A DNA stretch of 64,000 nucleotides from an uncultured delta proteobacterium (GCA_963785235.1 CAWAUM010000005.1:192001-256000), one strand, 5' to 3'. Shown: positions 19,609 to 29,198, numbered from the stretch's first letter. Notes: generated by a model from the sequence alone, not told the origin. Numbers and translations are program-made.

Positions 19609-20856
19609 TTACGCAATAGCAGTAAGTGCCATGGAGGTTTTAGCCACGATCTCCTTGAGTTCTGATTCGGTGACGAGAAGGCTTGGCCTGATCAGTACAG
19701 TCGATGTATCGACCTTTCCTGTGTCCACCAGCAGTCCGTTCTCTTTTGCCTTGGTACAGAACGAACCGGCAGTTTGGGGAGATGAAAACTTCAGCGACAC
19801 GAGCAGACCCATTCCTGCAATGGAGACAAGCTTACCCTTGTCCATCATAACATGGGCCGTCAGATCACCCATGAGTTTTTCGCCGAGCTTCGATGCATTG
19901 TTCCATGGCTCCAGACGGTCATATTCGTCCAGAGAGGTGATTGCCACCATGCATCCCAGGTCATGCCCGCCGAAGGTGCACAGGTGGATGAGGGGGTGGA
20001 TATCGAAGAAGCCCTTGAGCTCCGGTGTGAAGACCATGGCGGTCATGGGGAAGATACCGCTCGTGATGGCCTCTCCAATGATCAAAATGTCCGGGGCAAC
20101 GCCGATGTGCTCGAAGAAGAATCTCTTGCCTGTTCTGCCGAATCCACTTTGTGTCTCATCAAAGATGAGTTTCGCCCCGGTTGCATCACACAATGAGCGC
20201 ACCTGTGTGTAATAGAGGCCATCAGCTCTGCGACAGTTGTTTTCCACCTGGATCGGTTCCATAATGACCGCTGCGGTCCGTGCCCCGATGGCCTTTCTGG
20301 CAGCCTCGATATCGCCGAACGGGATAACCTTTACTGACTGGATGAGTTTTCCGAACTGTTCTTTTCCGGCCCTTTGAGAAAGTGAGAGGGCAAAGCCCGA
20401 CTCACCATAACAACCACCATCCACGGTGATGAGCTCGGGTCTTGCGGTAAATCCTCGGGCGAGCTTGCATGCGGCTTCCATGGATTCACCACGGGTGACA
20501 CCGAACAGTACACAGTCAAGGCTGCCCGGCATGAACTCGGCAATCCTCCTGGCGAGCAGCGCCTTTTCCTGGGAGGGCATGACAAAATTGCCCTGGTCCG
20601 TTTCATAGATGGCCTTCTTGAACCGCTGGATGATAGCCTGGTTTTTCCTGCCAAGGTTAAATGTCCCGCCCGAGGTGTAGCAATCGAGGTAGCGGTTTCC
20701 CTCAGAGTCAATTAGAAATGAACCATCCCCCTCCTGCTCAAGGAAGTCATGTCCCTTGTCTCGGATCATCTTTACATAACTTTTGGAAAAGACTTTTTCC
20801 GCTTCCTGGAAGATAGTGTCTTTGTTAACCTGTATGGTAGATTTTTTTTTCTTCAT
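19609..20856 (-). CDS. Class-III (PLP) aminotransferase-like subunit lacking the Schiff-base lysine
   Basis: IFDETQSGFGRTG, PDILIIGEAITSG (Glu at the Lys position), HLCTFGG; true start 20856 overlapping the upstream stop. Confidence 0.88.
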   Translation of the reverse strand: MKKKKSTIQVNKDTIFQEAEKVFSKSYVKMIRDKGHDFLEQEGDGSFLIDSEGNRYLDCYTSGGTFNLGRKNQAIIQRFKKAIYETDQGNFVMPSQEKALLARRIAEFMPGSLDCVLFGVTRGESMEAACKLARGFTARPELITVDGGCYGESGFALSLSQRAGKEQFGKLIQSVKVIPFGDIEAARKAIGARTAAVIMEPIQVENNCRRADGLYYTQVRSLCDATGAKLIFDETQSGFGRTGKRFFFEHIGVAPDILIIGEAITSGIFPMTAMVFTPELKGFFDIHPLIHLCTFGGHDLGCMVAITSLDEYDRLEPWNNASKLGEKLMGDLTAHVMMDKGKLVSIAGMGLLVSLKFSSPQTAGSFCTKAKENGLLVDTGKVDTSTVLIRPSLLVTESELKEIVAKTSMALTAIA

Positions 20857-22268
20857 ATCCCCCCCTGCTTTTTTGAAATAAAACCGAGGACAAACTCCTC
20901 GAGGTCCCGCACCAGGTTGAAGGCAATGATCTGGACCTTTAGATTGTCCAGGAGCATGCGGATCAGAGGCACCCTGGCAAGGGGGAGAAGCGGGATCAGG
21001 TACCACCGCATGGCCTTTACTGCAGCGTTGATGCGGTGCAGGAGGTCTTCGACGTCATCCATGCTCGCAGTGATGGGTATCTGAAACCGCATGACCTGGG
21101 GGGCATTCCCCGAATATGCCGCCCAGACGCCCTGCCTTGCAAGGCAGTCGGCCATGAGGGCGCCGATGAACTCATACTTGTACTCGATTCCGATCATGAG
21201 GCCCAGGCCACGCACTTCCTTTACGTAGTTTCCATTGGCCCTCCAGATTTCGTTGAGTCCTTCCTTGAAGCGTTTACCAACGATTGATGCATTCTCCCAC
21301 ACCTTGTTCTCCACAAGAAAGTCGAGAACAGCTGAAGAGACGATGCAGCCCAGATCCGTCCCGCCGCCATGGGATGTATGGAAGAGAGGATTGGCCTCGA
21401 CATAACCGGTTAACAAATCGATGGCACGATAGACTACTGCCCCGTTGGGATAGACGCCGCCGCTTATGGACTTGGCTGTGAACATGATATCCGGTATCAC
21501 ACCGTACTGCTCCATGGCCCACATGGTTCCCGTACGACCGAAGCCCGTCTGCACCTCGTCAAAAACGAGCATGATACCGTGCTCATCGCAGATCTGCCGC
21601 AACCCTTTTATATAATCCTTGGTCGCCACATGGATGCCGCCCTCTCCCTGGATGGGCTCGAGCACAATGGCGGCTATGTTCTTGCCGGCAACACGCCTGA
21701 CCGCCTCAAGGTCATTGAAGTCCACCACATGGAACCCCGGCATCAGGGGGAGGAACAGCTCTTTGTAATAGTCCTTGCCGCAGGCGGAAAGGCTGAAGCC
21801 TTCATGGCCGTGATAGGCCTTGTTCATGGTAATCACATCGTTCCTGCCCGTGGCCCCCTTGGCAAGCTTGATGGCCCCTGCACAGGCATCCGCACCTGTT
21901 GCGCAGAGCACAACCTTTTTCATGTCGGCAGGACAGACAGATGCGAGCTTGGCGGCAAAGAGAACCTTGTGCTCGGACAAGATGCCGTGAGATCCCATGT
22001 CGTGCCCGTCAAGTGCATCTGCCAGGGTATCCATGATCGTGGTATTGCCTCTGCCCACATTGAAGCAGCCGGCCGAGCTGAAGCAGTCATAGAACTGTTT
22101 TCCGCTCTGGGCATCAATGAAGGTACACCCTTTCCTTGCACGCTCGTATACATCCAGGTGTGCGCATCTCAGGTACCTCACCTGACCCCATGAGATGTGC
22201 TTGCCGAAGAGGTGCTGGATATAGTCCCTCTCCTGTTTGTCCATTCTGATACCCGGTTTATCCGCCAT
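20853..22268 (-). CDS. Class-III aminotransferase (putrescine/ornithine/omega-amine type)
   Basis: AYHG, EPIQGEGG, FDEVQTGFGRTG, PDIMFTAKSISGG; RBS AAGGAGGAGG before ATG 22268. Confidence 0.92.
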   Translation of the reverse strand: MADKPGIRMDKQERDYIQHLFGKHISWGQVRYLRCAHLDVYERARKGCTFIDAQSGKQFYDCFSSAGCFNVGRGNTTIMDTLADALDGHDMGSHGILSEHKVLFAAKLASVCPADMKKVVLCATGADACAGAIKLAKGATGRNDVITMNKAYHGHEGFSLSACGKDYYKELFLPLMPGFHVVDFNDLEAVRRVAGKNIAAIVLEPIQGEGGIHVATKDYIKGLRQICDEHGIMLVFDEVQTGFGRTGTMWAMEQYGVIPDIMFTAKSISGGVYPNGAVVYRAIDLLTGYVEANPLFHTSHGGGTDLGCIVSSAVLDFLVENKVWENASIVGKRFKEGLNEIWRANGNYVKEVRGLGLMIGIEYKYEFIGALMADCLARQGVWAAYSGNAPQVMRFQIPITASMDDVEDLLHRINAAVKAMRWYLIPLLPLARVPLIRMLLDNLKVQIIAFNLVRDLEEFVLGFISKKQGGI

Positions 22269-22324
22269 TTCCTCCTCCTTCACTGCATGAAAAGGATCAT
22301 GCATCTTTTTGTTGAGGCACTCAT

Positions 22325-23959
22325 TTAGAATACCCTCTGCCCGTCGATCCAGGTCTGGACAACCCGGCTCGAATCCGAGAAGGGATCTCCATCCACCACG
22401 CAGAAGGTCGCGGTCGCACCCTCACAGAGTCCGTCGTTGTCGTTTCCGAACGAACTGCTGCCACCCATGGTCCCTGCCGTAAGGGCCTGGAATTCGCTGA
22501 GCCTTTCATCCGGGTCGAGCATGGAGCCGTCGGGCTTCTTCCGATCTACTGCACGCCTGATGTTGTGAAGCGGGTCATCGGCGGCACAGGGTCCGTCTGA
22601 ACTGATGCAGATGGAAACTCCCCGATCGAGAAGGCTTTTCAGGGGGAATGCCTTCAGATAGGGCAATGCACCCTGGCGTTCGATGGCATCGGCGTAATAG
22701 GGGATGAAGCCCGGCTGGATCGATGCAACTGCCCCACAGAGGGCAAAGCTGTCCAGGCTTTCATCATCCATGATGAGCATATGTTCCACCGATGCCCCCA
22801 CAGGCCCGGTCTTTTTTACCAGTTCCGTGGCCTGGCGTGCAGCCACATTGCCCAGCGCGTGGATGACGAGGCGGTAGCCCTTGTCAGTAAAGAAGCGTGC
22901 CCGGAGGACAAGATCATCAAGGTCATCAAAGCGTAAGTAGGGGAGGTACAGTTTTCCATCCTTAAGGGTTAGCTTCTGCTCGAAAAGCATGCGGAATGGC
23001 CATAGGCTGCCCTGTGAGATGCTTTCCTTGGCCGCCCTGTATGCCGCTTTCACGCCTCCTGCAATCGGCAGGGCAGCAGCCGCCCGGAAGGCCCCGTCAA
23101 GAAAGAACTTCACACTCTTGGGGGCATGATCAGAGGCAAGGGCATCCTCATCATCCTTGCTTGCTGGTGGCGCAAGCATGCTGTCATAGTCTGTCACGGA
23201 CCAGCTCATCTTGAGCGGTGTGTAAAGCTGCGCGTCTTTCAGGAGCATCTGGACATCGCTCGGGATCCCGGGGTCGTGGACATGGGTCAGCCCCTTGCCA
23301 AGGCATCGGTTAGCCTCATCTATGATGATCTTCCTCTTCTCTTCATCGGTATATGTCTGGAATATCTCCCGGAACATGGTGAAAAAAACCCTGCAGAGGG
23401 CATCTTCCCAGATGGTCCCCTTGGGTGTGCCGTCTCTATTGATGTCCATATCTATGGGACACCGCAGTCTGTCCCTGCTGATTCCGGAGCGCATAAGAGC
23501 CTGGGTAGATGCCATGCCACTATGAAAGGTGTTATCCACGACAATAACAGGAGATCCATGGGCCGCCGAATCGATTTCTTTTATACCGGGCATCAGTGGT
23601 GGGTTCCACCTGGAGTGGTCCATGCCTGAGAAGAAGACCCAGCCGCTGTCCGATGCTCTTGACCGGCATGCAACATCTATGGCTGACAGGGCATCGGCTT
23701 TTGATGTCCAGGTGCTCGCATCTCCATTGAGCGGCAACAGGGCCGATATGAAGAAGTGCCGGTGTGCGTCTATGAGCCCGGGTATGACATGCATCCCTTT
23801 GAGATCAATTGATGATGCATTACCCGTCGGGACAGCCTCCTGGTTATAGACCTGAAAAATCTTTCCATCCCTGATGTGCATGCCGCCTTTGATCTTTGCC
23901 ATGGGTGTCCGGGCCCAGATCACTGCATTTTCCAGTACGAATTCCTGCTGAAGACTCAT
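22325..23959 (-). CDS. Amidohydrolase family 3 (YtcJ-like) metal-dependent hydrolase
   Basis: PGLIDAHRH, KFFLDG, IHALGN, VEH, SSDGP metal ligands. Confidence 0.87.
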   Translation of the reverse strand: MSLQQEFVLENAVIWARTPMAKIKGGMHIRDGKIFQVYNQEAVPTGNASSIDLKGMHVIPGLIDAHRHFFISALLPLNGDASTWTSKADALSAIDVACRSRASDSGWVFFSGMDHSRWNPPLMPGIKEIDSAAHGSPVIVVDNTFHSGMASTQALMRSGISRDRLRCPIDMDINRDGTPKGTIWEDALCRVFFTMFREIFQTYTDEEKRKIIIDEANRCLGKGLTHVHDPGIPSDVQMLLKDAQLYTPLKMSWSVTDYDSMLAPPASKDDEDALASDHAPKSVKFFLDGAFRAAAALPIAGGVKAAYRAAKESISQGSLWPFRMLFEQKLTLKDGKLYLPYLRFDDLDDLVLRARFFTDKGYRLVIHALGNVAARQATELVKKTGPVGASVEHMLIMDDESLDSFALCGAVASIQPGFIPYYADAIERQGALPYLKAFPLKSLLDRGVSICISSDGPCAADDPLHNIRRAVDRKKPDGSMLDPDERLSEFQALTAGTMGGSSSFGNDNDGLCEGATATFCVVDGDPFSDSSRVVQTWIDGQRVF

Positions 23960-24022
23960 GGGTAATCTCCTTTTTAATAGCAAAGTATAGTACTGACATC
24001 ACAGAACTCTCCCGGGTCAATA

Positions 24023-25129
24023 CTATGCCCGGTATTCCTCGTAATCACAGCCAATGGCCTTGGCCACCTCGCAATTAGTGAGCCGGCCGGTATGCACGTT
24101 CAAACCCTTTCTCAGCGCATGGTTCTCTTTTAATGCCTTATCAACACCTTTGTCGGCAAGCTCGATTATATAGGGCATGGTGGCATTGGTGAGGGCATGG
24201 GTGGAGGTCCTGGGAACGGCGCCCGGCATATTGGCAACGCAATAGTGAACGATACCCTTTTCCACATAGGTCGGATTATCATGGGTCGTGGGTTTGCTCG
24301 TCTCGGCGCATCCACCCTGATCAATAGCGATATCCACAAGGACTGATCCCGGCTCCATCTTTCTGAGCAGTTCACGGGTGATGAGATGCGGGGCCTTTGC
24401 ACCCGGGATGAGCACCGAGGCGATGACCAGGTCGGCATGTATCACACTATCTTCGACATTGCCTGCATTTGCCATGAGCATTACTGCCCGGGAGTGAAAG
24501 ATGTCCTCGAGGTAGTTGAGCCGTTTCTGGTTGATGTCGAGGATGGTGACCAGTGCCCCCAGGCCCACGGCCAGGTGCGCTGCATTAATCCCGGATATCC
24601 CTGCCCCGATGATGGTCACCCTGCCTGGCCTTACCCCCGGCACGCCGGAGAGGAGGACGCCTTTGCCCCCATTGATGGACTCCAGGCAAGTGCAGCCCAT
24701 CTGTATTGCGAGCCTTCCGGCAACTGCGCTCATGGGCGCAAGCAGCGGCAGACCACCATCGTCAAGCTGGATGGTTTCGTAGGCAATACCGATGACCTTG
24801 CTCTTGAGCAACTCACGGGTGAGTTTTTCATTGGCTGCAAGGTGGAGGTACGTGAAGAGGACCTGGCCCTGGCGCATCCTGGAATATTCTTCCTCAATGG
24901 GTTCCTTGACCTTGACGATCATATCAGAAGTGTCCCAGAGCTTGTCTGTGCTGTCAACAAGGCATGCGCCGGCCTGCTCATAAGCGGAATCGGATATGCC
25001 CGAACCAGCACCAGCTGACCTTTCAATTGATACCTTGTGTCCATGGTGCGCCAAGGTTCTCACTCCCACAGGGGTGAGGGCAACCCTGCCTTCCCTTGTT
25101 TTGATCTCTTTTGGTATACCGATATTCAT
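24023..25129 (-). CDS. ald: Alanine dehydrogenase
   Basis: IGIPKEIK, KVKEP, FTYLHLA, LLAPMS.VAGR, DIAIDQGGC, YCVANMPGAVPRTST. Confidence 0.96.
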   Translation of the reverse strand: MNIGIPKEIKTREGRVALTPVGVRTLAHHGHKVSIERSAGAGSGISDSAYEQAGACLVDSTDKLWDTSDMIVKVKEPIEEEYSRMRQGQVLFTYLHLAANEKLTRELLKSKVIGIAYETIQLDDGGLPLLAPMSAVAGRLAIQMGCTCLESINGGKGVLLSGVPGVRPGRVTIIGAGISGINAAHLAVGLGALVTILDINQKRLNYLEDIFHSRAVMLMANAGNVEDSVIHADLVIASVLIPGAKAPHLITRELLRKMEPGSVLVDIAIDQGGCAETSKPTTHDNPTYVEKGIVHYCVANMPGAVPRTSTHALTNATMPYIIELADKGVDKALKENHALRKGLNVHTGRLTNCEVAKAIGCDYEEYRA

Positions 25130-25142
25130 GGCCGACTCCTAT

Positions 25143-25158
25143 TTAGTTGAATGACTAA
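25143..25158. promoter_or_regulatory. Putative TetR operator, copy 2 (TTAGTTGAATGACTAA), downstream of the ald promoter
   Basis: Directly downstream of minus-strand TTGACA(25187-25182)-17bp-TATAAG(25164-25159). Confidence 0.7.
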
Positions 25159-25196
25159 CTTATAAAGATTATCCATGAGCCTGTCAATAACTAATA

Positions 25197-25212
25197 TTAG
25201 CTGAGTGACTAA
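25197..25212. promoter_or_regulatory. Putative TetR operator, copy 3 (TTAGCTGAGTGACTAA)
   Basis: 14/16 match to copy 2; lies in the ald / glycerate kinase divergent region. Confidence 0.6.
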
Positions 25213-25324
25213 AAAAGCGGAGATCGTTCAGATTCATTTCAATTTTGAATGCAGGAACGGTTTCAACCACGACCAGGATCAGGTATATAGTCAACAGGGT
25301 ATTCGTGTATAAAAGGAACATACC

Positions 25325-26668
25325 GTGAAATATGTCAATGATCTGGTGAGAATATTCCAAGATGCCGTCCACGCGGTTGATCCTGCCGGTCTCATTGAGC
25401 GGCATGTGAAGAAAGAAGGCAGAACCCTTCTTATCGATACTCATGACAAAACCATTTCAGAAGACCTTTCAAGTTATAACAAGATAATAGTCCTGGGCAT
25501 CGGCAAGGCATCGGCACGCATGGCAGCCGCCATGGAAGGCATCCTCGGGGACGACCTTGCAAAGGGCCTGGTCATCACGAAATACGGTCATAGTCTGCAG
25601 CTGGCAAAAACCCAGGTCCATGAAGCGGGACATCCCATGCCCGATGGAAACAGTATGGATGGTGCCCGAATGCTGACTCAGATCGCACATGATTCCGATA
25701 AGCACACCCTTATCATCAGCCTTATCTCAGGAGGGGGTTCATCCCTGTTCAGTCTGCCCGCAGACGGGATCAGCCTTGAAGACAAGATTGAGACTTTCAG
25801 GGTTCTGCTGGCATCAGGCGCCAGCATTGATGAAGTCAACTGCATAAGAAAGCATATATCAAAGATCAAAGGTGGCCGCTTCGCAAAGATCGCTTACCCG
25901 GCCAGGCTCATAAGTCTTATCCTCTCGGATGTGATAGGTGACAGGCTCGACACCATATCTTCAGGCATCACGACTCCTGACCCCACCACATTCAAAGACG
26001 CCCTTTCCGTCCTGGCAAAATACTCTCTGGAGGAAAAAGTCCCCAGGGCTGTAAAAGAACTGCTCAGATCAGGTTCTCAGGGGTATATTCCTGATACGCC
26101 AAAGGATAATGACCCTGCATTTACAAACTCGCTGAATATCCTTGTGGGAAACAACATGCTCGCCTGCAAGGCGGCCCTCTCATGCGCGCAGAGGCTCGGA
26201 TATGACGCGCACATCCTGACCACCACGCTGGCAGGCGAGGCACGCCAAGCAGGGGAGTGTTTGTCAGTGCTTGCCAGGGATGTGGATTCAGGCAGATCCG
26301 GCCTGAAAAAACCGGCCGTGCTTATCCTGGGTGGGGAGACCACCGTGACGCTGCGCGGCGCAGGGAAGGGCGGCAGGAACCAGGAGATGGCCCTTGCCTT
26401 TGCATGCGCTCTGCATACGGCAAGCCCTGGCTCTACGAACATCTTCTTCCTCTCGGCAGGCACAGACGGCACCGATGGTCCCACGGACGCAGCCGGAGCC
26501 ATTGTCACCCCATTGCTGATGGAGGAGATGAAGAAGATTTCGGTTGAAGCGGTGAGGCACCTTGAAGACAACGATGCATATCATTTTTTCTCTCAACAGG
26601 ATCTGCTCTTCAAAACAGGGCCTACCTATACCAATGTCTGCGACATCCAGCTCCTGATGGTGGTCTGA
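25325..26668 (+). CDS. Glycerate 2-kinase (GckA/TtuD, MOFRL family)
   Basis: GIGKAS, EAGHPMPD, ISGGGSSL, RKHISKIKGG, GGETTV, GGRNQE, GTDGTDGPT, TGPTYTNVCD. Confidence 0.92.
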   Translation: MKYVNDLVRIFQDAVHAVDPAGLIERHVKKEGRTLLIDTHDKTISEDLSSYNKIIVLGIGKASARMAAAMEGILGDDLAKGLVITKYGHSLQLAKTQVHEAGHPMPDGNSMDGARMLTQIAHDSDKHTLIISLISGGGSSLFSLPADGISLEDKIETFRVLLASGASIDEVNCIRKHISKIKGGRFAKIAYPARLISLILSDVIGDRLDTISSGITTPDPTTFKDALSVLAKYSLEEKVPRAVKELLRSGSQGYIPDTPKDNDPAFTNSLNILVGNNMLACKAALSCAQRLGYDAHILTTTLAGEARQAGECLSVLARDVDSGRSGLKKPAVLILGGETTVTLRGAGKGGRNQEMALAFACALHTASPGSTNIFFLSAGTDGTDGPTDAAGAIVTPLLMEEMKKISVEAVRHLEDNDAYHFFSQQDLLFKTGPTYTNVCDIQLLMVV

Positions 26669-26889
26669 TTTTTTTTATCCGCGACATTACGGTTAAAATA
26701 GCGAGGAGTACGATGATCTGCAGTAGTCAAGATCTGAACATGCACAAGTAGCACTGAAGTCAACATGAGATCTGACAAGTACCCTTATATTTCCTTAAAG
26801 GAAGTATGATTTATGCAGATCTTGTCTTGAAATCATCAATTTATATCGTATGAGCAAAACAGAACTTTTATTGCTATACTCAACGGAGT

Positions 26890-26930
26890 TGATGGCACAA
26901 GGTGATGGCACAGGGACAGGTGATGGCACA
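26890..26930 (+). repeat. Three direct copies of TGATGGCACA
   Basis: Copies at 26890, 26903 and 26921, just upstream of TTGACA at 26935. Confidence 0.75.
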
Positions 26931-26964
26931 GGGCTTGACATCTCCTCGACCCGTATTAATATTT

Positions 26965-27033
26965 AACCAAATCATCTATCTCCTCTTCCACAATCGGGCC
27001 GGTCTGCATGGAGTGGATCGGCCCCTTTTGTTT
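26965..27033 (+). ncRNA. Candidate small RNA (promoter - CU-rich segment - terminator)
   Basis: TTGACA(26935)-16bp-TAATAT(26957); CTCCTCTTCC; stem GGGCCGGTCTGC/GTGGATCGGCCC followed by TTTTGTTT; no ORF. Confidence 0.45.
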
Positions 27034-27079
27034 GTTCCAATGGCAACTTCTCTGACTTCTTGAAGTCCTTGTGGAGGGT

Positions 27080-27112
27080 AAAATAACCGGACCGCACGGG
27101 GATGCGGACCGG
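27080..27112 (-). terminator. Intrinsic terminator for the 27208..27618 gene
   Basis: Minus strand CCGGTCCGCA-tccccg-TGCGGTCCGG followed by TTATTTT. Confidence 0.7.
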
Positions 27113-27207
27113 AAGAGGAGGTTTCACCACACCTCTACAAGGATGCAGAGAAAGGGTCTACCTTGTAGACGGCAAGGTGGATAGAACAAAGACTGAATCA
27201 GCTATCT

Positions 27208-27618
27208 TTACCTTCCTTCCCATTTCTTCCAGTTATCCTGGCCAGGGCCTTCTCCTTGATATCTATTGTCGTTCTGGTTCTTGTCATTGTACCTATAATC
27301 ACGAGGCCGGTAATTATCATTGTTCCTGTAATCATGGGGCCGGCCATTATCATTGTATCTGTACTCACGGGACCGGTAATTATCATGGCTCCTGGAATCA
27401 TATGGTTTGTTAGAATAGTGTCGTGGAGCAGGTCGCTGTTCTCTATGCCTGTCATGGGAAGCAAGCAAAAAGACCGCAGTTACAGCGGTGAGGACTGCGA
27501 CTATTGCAATACCTGCTGCTTGGTCATTCCCATGATCATCTTCGGGACCGTAGGCATATGCTGTTGAAAAACCGAGAAAAGAAAATATCACCAGTATGGT
27601 TATCATCTTCTTGATCAT
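27208..27618 (-). CDS. Hypothetical exported protein with 11-aa R/D/N/Y-rich tandem repeats
   Basis: Signal peptide (AYA), second hydrophobic segment, DNYRSREYRYN/DNGRPHDYRNN/DNYRPRDYRYN; RBS AAGGAGG. Confidence 0.7.
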   Translation of the reverse strand: MIKKMITILVIFSFLGFSTAYAYGPEDDHGNDQAAGIAIVAVLTAVTAVFLLASHDRHREQRPAPRHYSNKPYDSRSHDNYRSREYRYNDNGRPHDYRNNDNYRPRDYRYNDKNQNDNRYQGEGPGQDNWKKWEGR

Positions 27619-27895
27619 GTTGTCCTCCTTATCTCTTTTGCTGAGCTCCAGGACCGTCTTATTTGCTCTTCATCTTTTTCAGGTAAGACGTACACACGAC
27701 GGAAAAGTTTACATGATCAGAATGCAGCATATTATCCCATGCTTCAAAGAATTATCCCTGGTTTTATCCCAAGCATGATAGGATCTTGTTTTCTACAGAT
27801 AATCCATAAGACTAGTCAGACAGTGTCGGAACAGGTCTGATTTATGATATGATCTGATCAATCGGAATGAACGACATTGCCCATAAGGAGATGTT

Positions 27896-29167
27896 ATGTG
27901 CGATACGCTTGGAATCGGGCCGAGTTATACCAGCTCAGGCATAAGCATCTTTGCAAAGAACTCCGACAGGGAGGCCGACGAAACCCAGCTCGTCCTTTCC
28001 ATACCCCGGAAAACCTTTCCTGAAAGAAAGGACCTGCGCTGCACATACATCACCATCCCTCAGACCGGTTCGACCCATGCCATTGTGCTGTCCAAACCTT
28101 TCTGGCTCTGGGGGGCGGAGATGGGGGTGAACGAGAAGGGTGTGGCCATCGGCAACGAAGCCTTGTTCACCAGGGTCAAGACCGAGAAGGAACCCGGACT
28201 CATCGGCATGGACCTCGTGCGTCTGGCCCTCGAGAGGTCTGCTGCTGCCGACGAAGCGGCAGACATCATTATCGAACTCCTTGTAAAATATGGTCAGGCA
28301 GGCCCCTGCGGATACCGGGACAAGAAATTCAGTTACATGAATTCCTTCATCATCATGGACAGACAGGGCATCTTGACCCTGGAGACCGTAGGCCGTGACT
28401 ATGCCGTCAAGCATCATACCGGCCATGCAGTGATATCCAACGGTATCACCATCACTGACGATTGGGACAGGTCTTCGCTCCCCACGGGTACTGATCTGAG
28501 TATATATACAGACCCGCTCACCACCTTTTTTGCAGGCAGCAGATACAGGAAAGGCCAGGGTGATGCCTCTATCCTCAAGGCAAAAGGCGCCATCAGCGTA
28601 ACCGATGTATTTCAAATTCTGAGAAGCCACTACAACCATTCACCCGCGAATGGGTTTAATCGTGATGTGTGCATGCACGCATCCGACCCGCTCATCAGGA
28701 GGTCCCAGACCACCGGGTCCTTGGTGGTGGAGCTGCACCCCAATGACAGGATCAGGATATTCGTCACTGCAGGTTCTGCGCCCTGCCTTACCCCATACAA
28801 GCCGTTCATGCCTGCAGCGCCGCTTATGGATGCAGGCAGGGGGGTCGGGTCTTATTCTGAAGATTCATACTGGTGGAGGCACGAAGCATACCATATCAAT
28901 GCAATGTTCAGGTATGATTCCATAAGGCCCCTGGTGAAGGACCGAATCAGGGAACAGGAGACGCAGTGGACAGCACGCATGCCTGCCCATGAATGGAACA
29001 GCACGGAAGTGACTTTGAAGGATACTTCCCATAACGCCTTTGCACAGTCGGAACACGTGGAAAAGGCCGCACTCCATCAAATGATGGGGATGAAAAGGCA
29101 GCCCTTCAGGATGTCAAACCTGTTCTGGAGACGTATGGCAAGACGATCCGGAGTCCCTGTGGTATGA
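27896..29167 (+). CDS. Peptidase C69 / secernin-like Ntn hydrolase
   Basis: N-terminal MCDT nucleophile, FAKNSDRE, WGAEMGVNEKGVAIGNEA, GLIGMDLVRLALER, VCMHA. Confidence 0.88.
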   Translation: MCDTLGIGPSYTSSGISIFAKNSDREADETQLVLSIPRKTFPERKDLRCTYITIPQTGSTHAIVLSKPFWLWGAEMGVNEKGVAIGNEALFTRVKTEKEPGLIGMDLVRLALERSAAADEAADIIIELLVKYGQAGPCGYRDKKFSYMNSFIIMDRQGILTLETVGRDYAVKHHTGHAVISNGITITDDWDRSSLPTGTDLSIYTDPLTTFFAGSRYRKGQGDASILKAKGAISVTDVFQILRSHYNHSPANGFNRDVCMHASDPLIRRSQTTGSLVVELHPNDRIRIFVTAGSAPCLTPYKPFMPAAPLMDAGRGVGSYSEDSYWWRHEAYHINAMFRYDSIRPLVKDRIREQETQWTARMPAHEWNSTEVTLKDTSHNAFAQSEHVEKAALHQMMGMKRQPFRMSNLFWRRMARRSGVPVV

Positions 29168-29198
29168 TGCTGGCCCGGTGTCGCTGTTAAAGCCACAT

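Noticed and set aside
26713-26751. GAGGAG followed by 12-aa ORF MICSSQDLNMHK
   Set aside because: Only an RBS-like sequence supports it; too short, with no other signal.
26890-26930. Possible mini-CRISPR
   Set aside because: Repeats are 10 bp with 3-8 bp gaps, and there are no cas genes.
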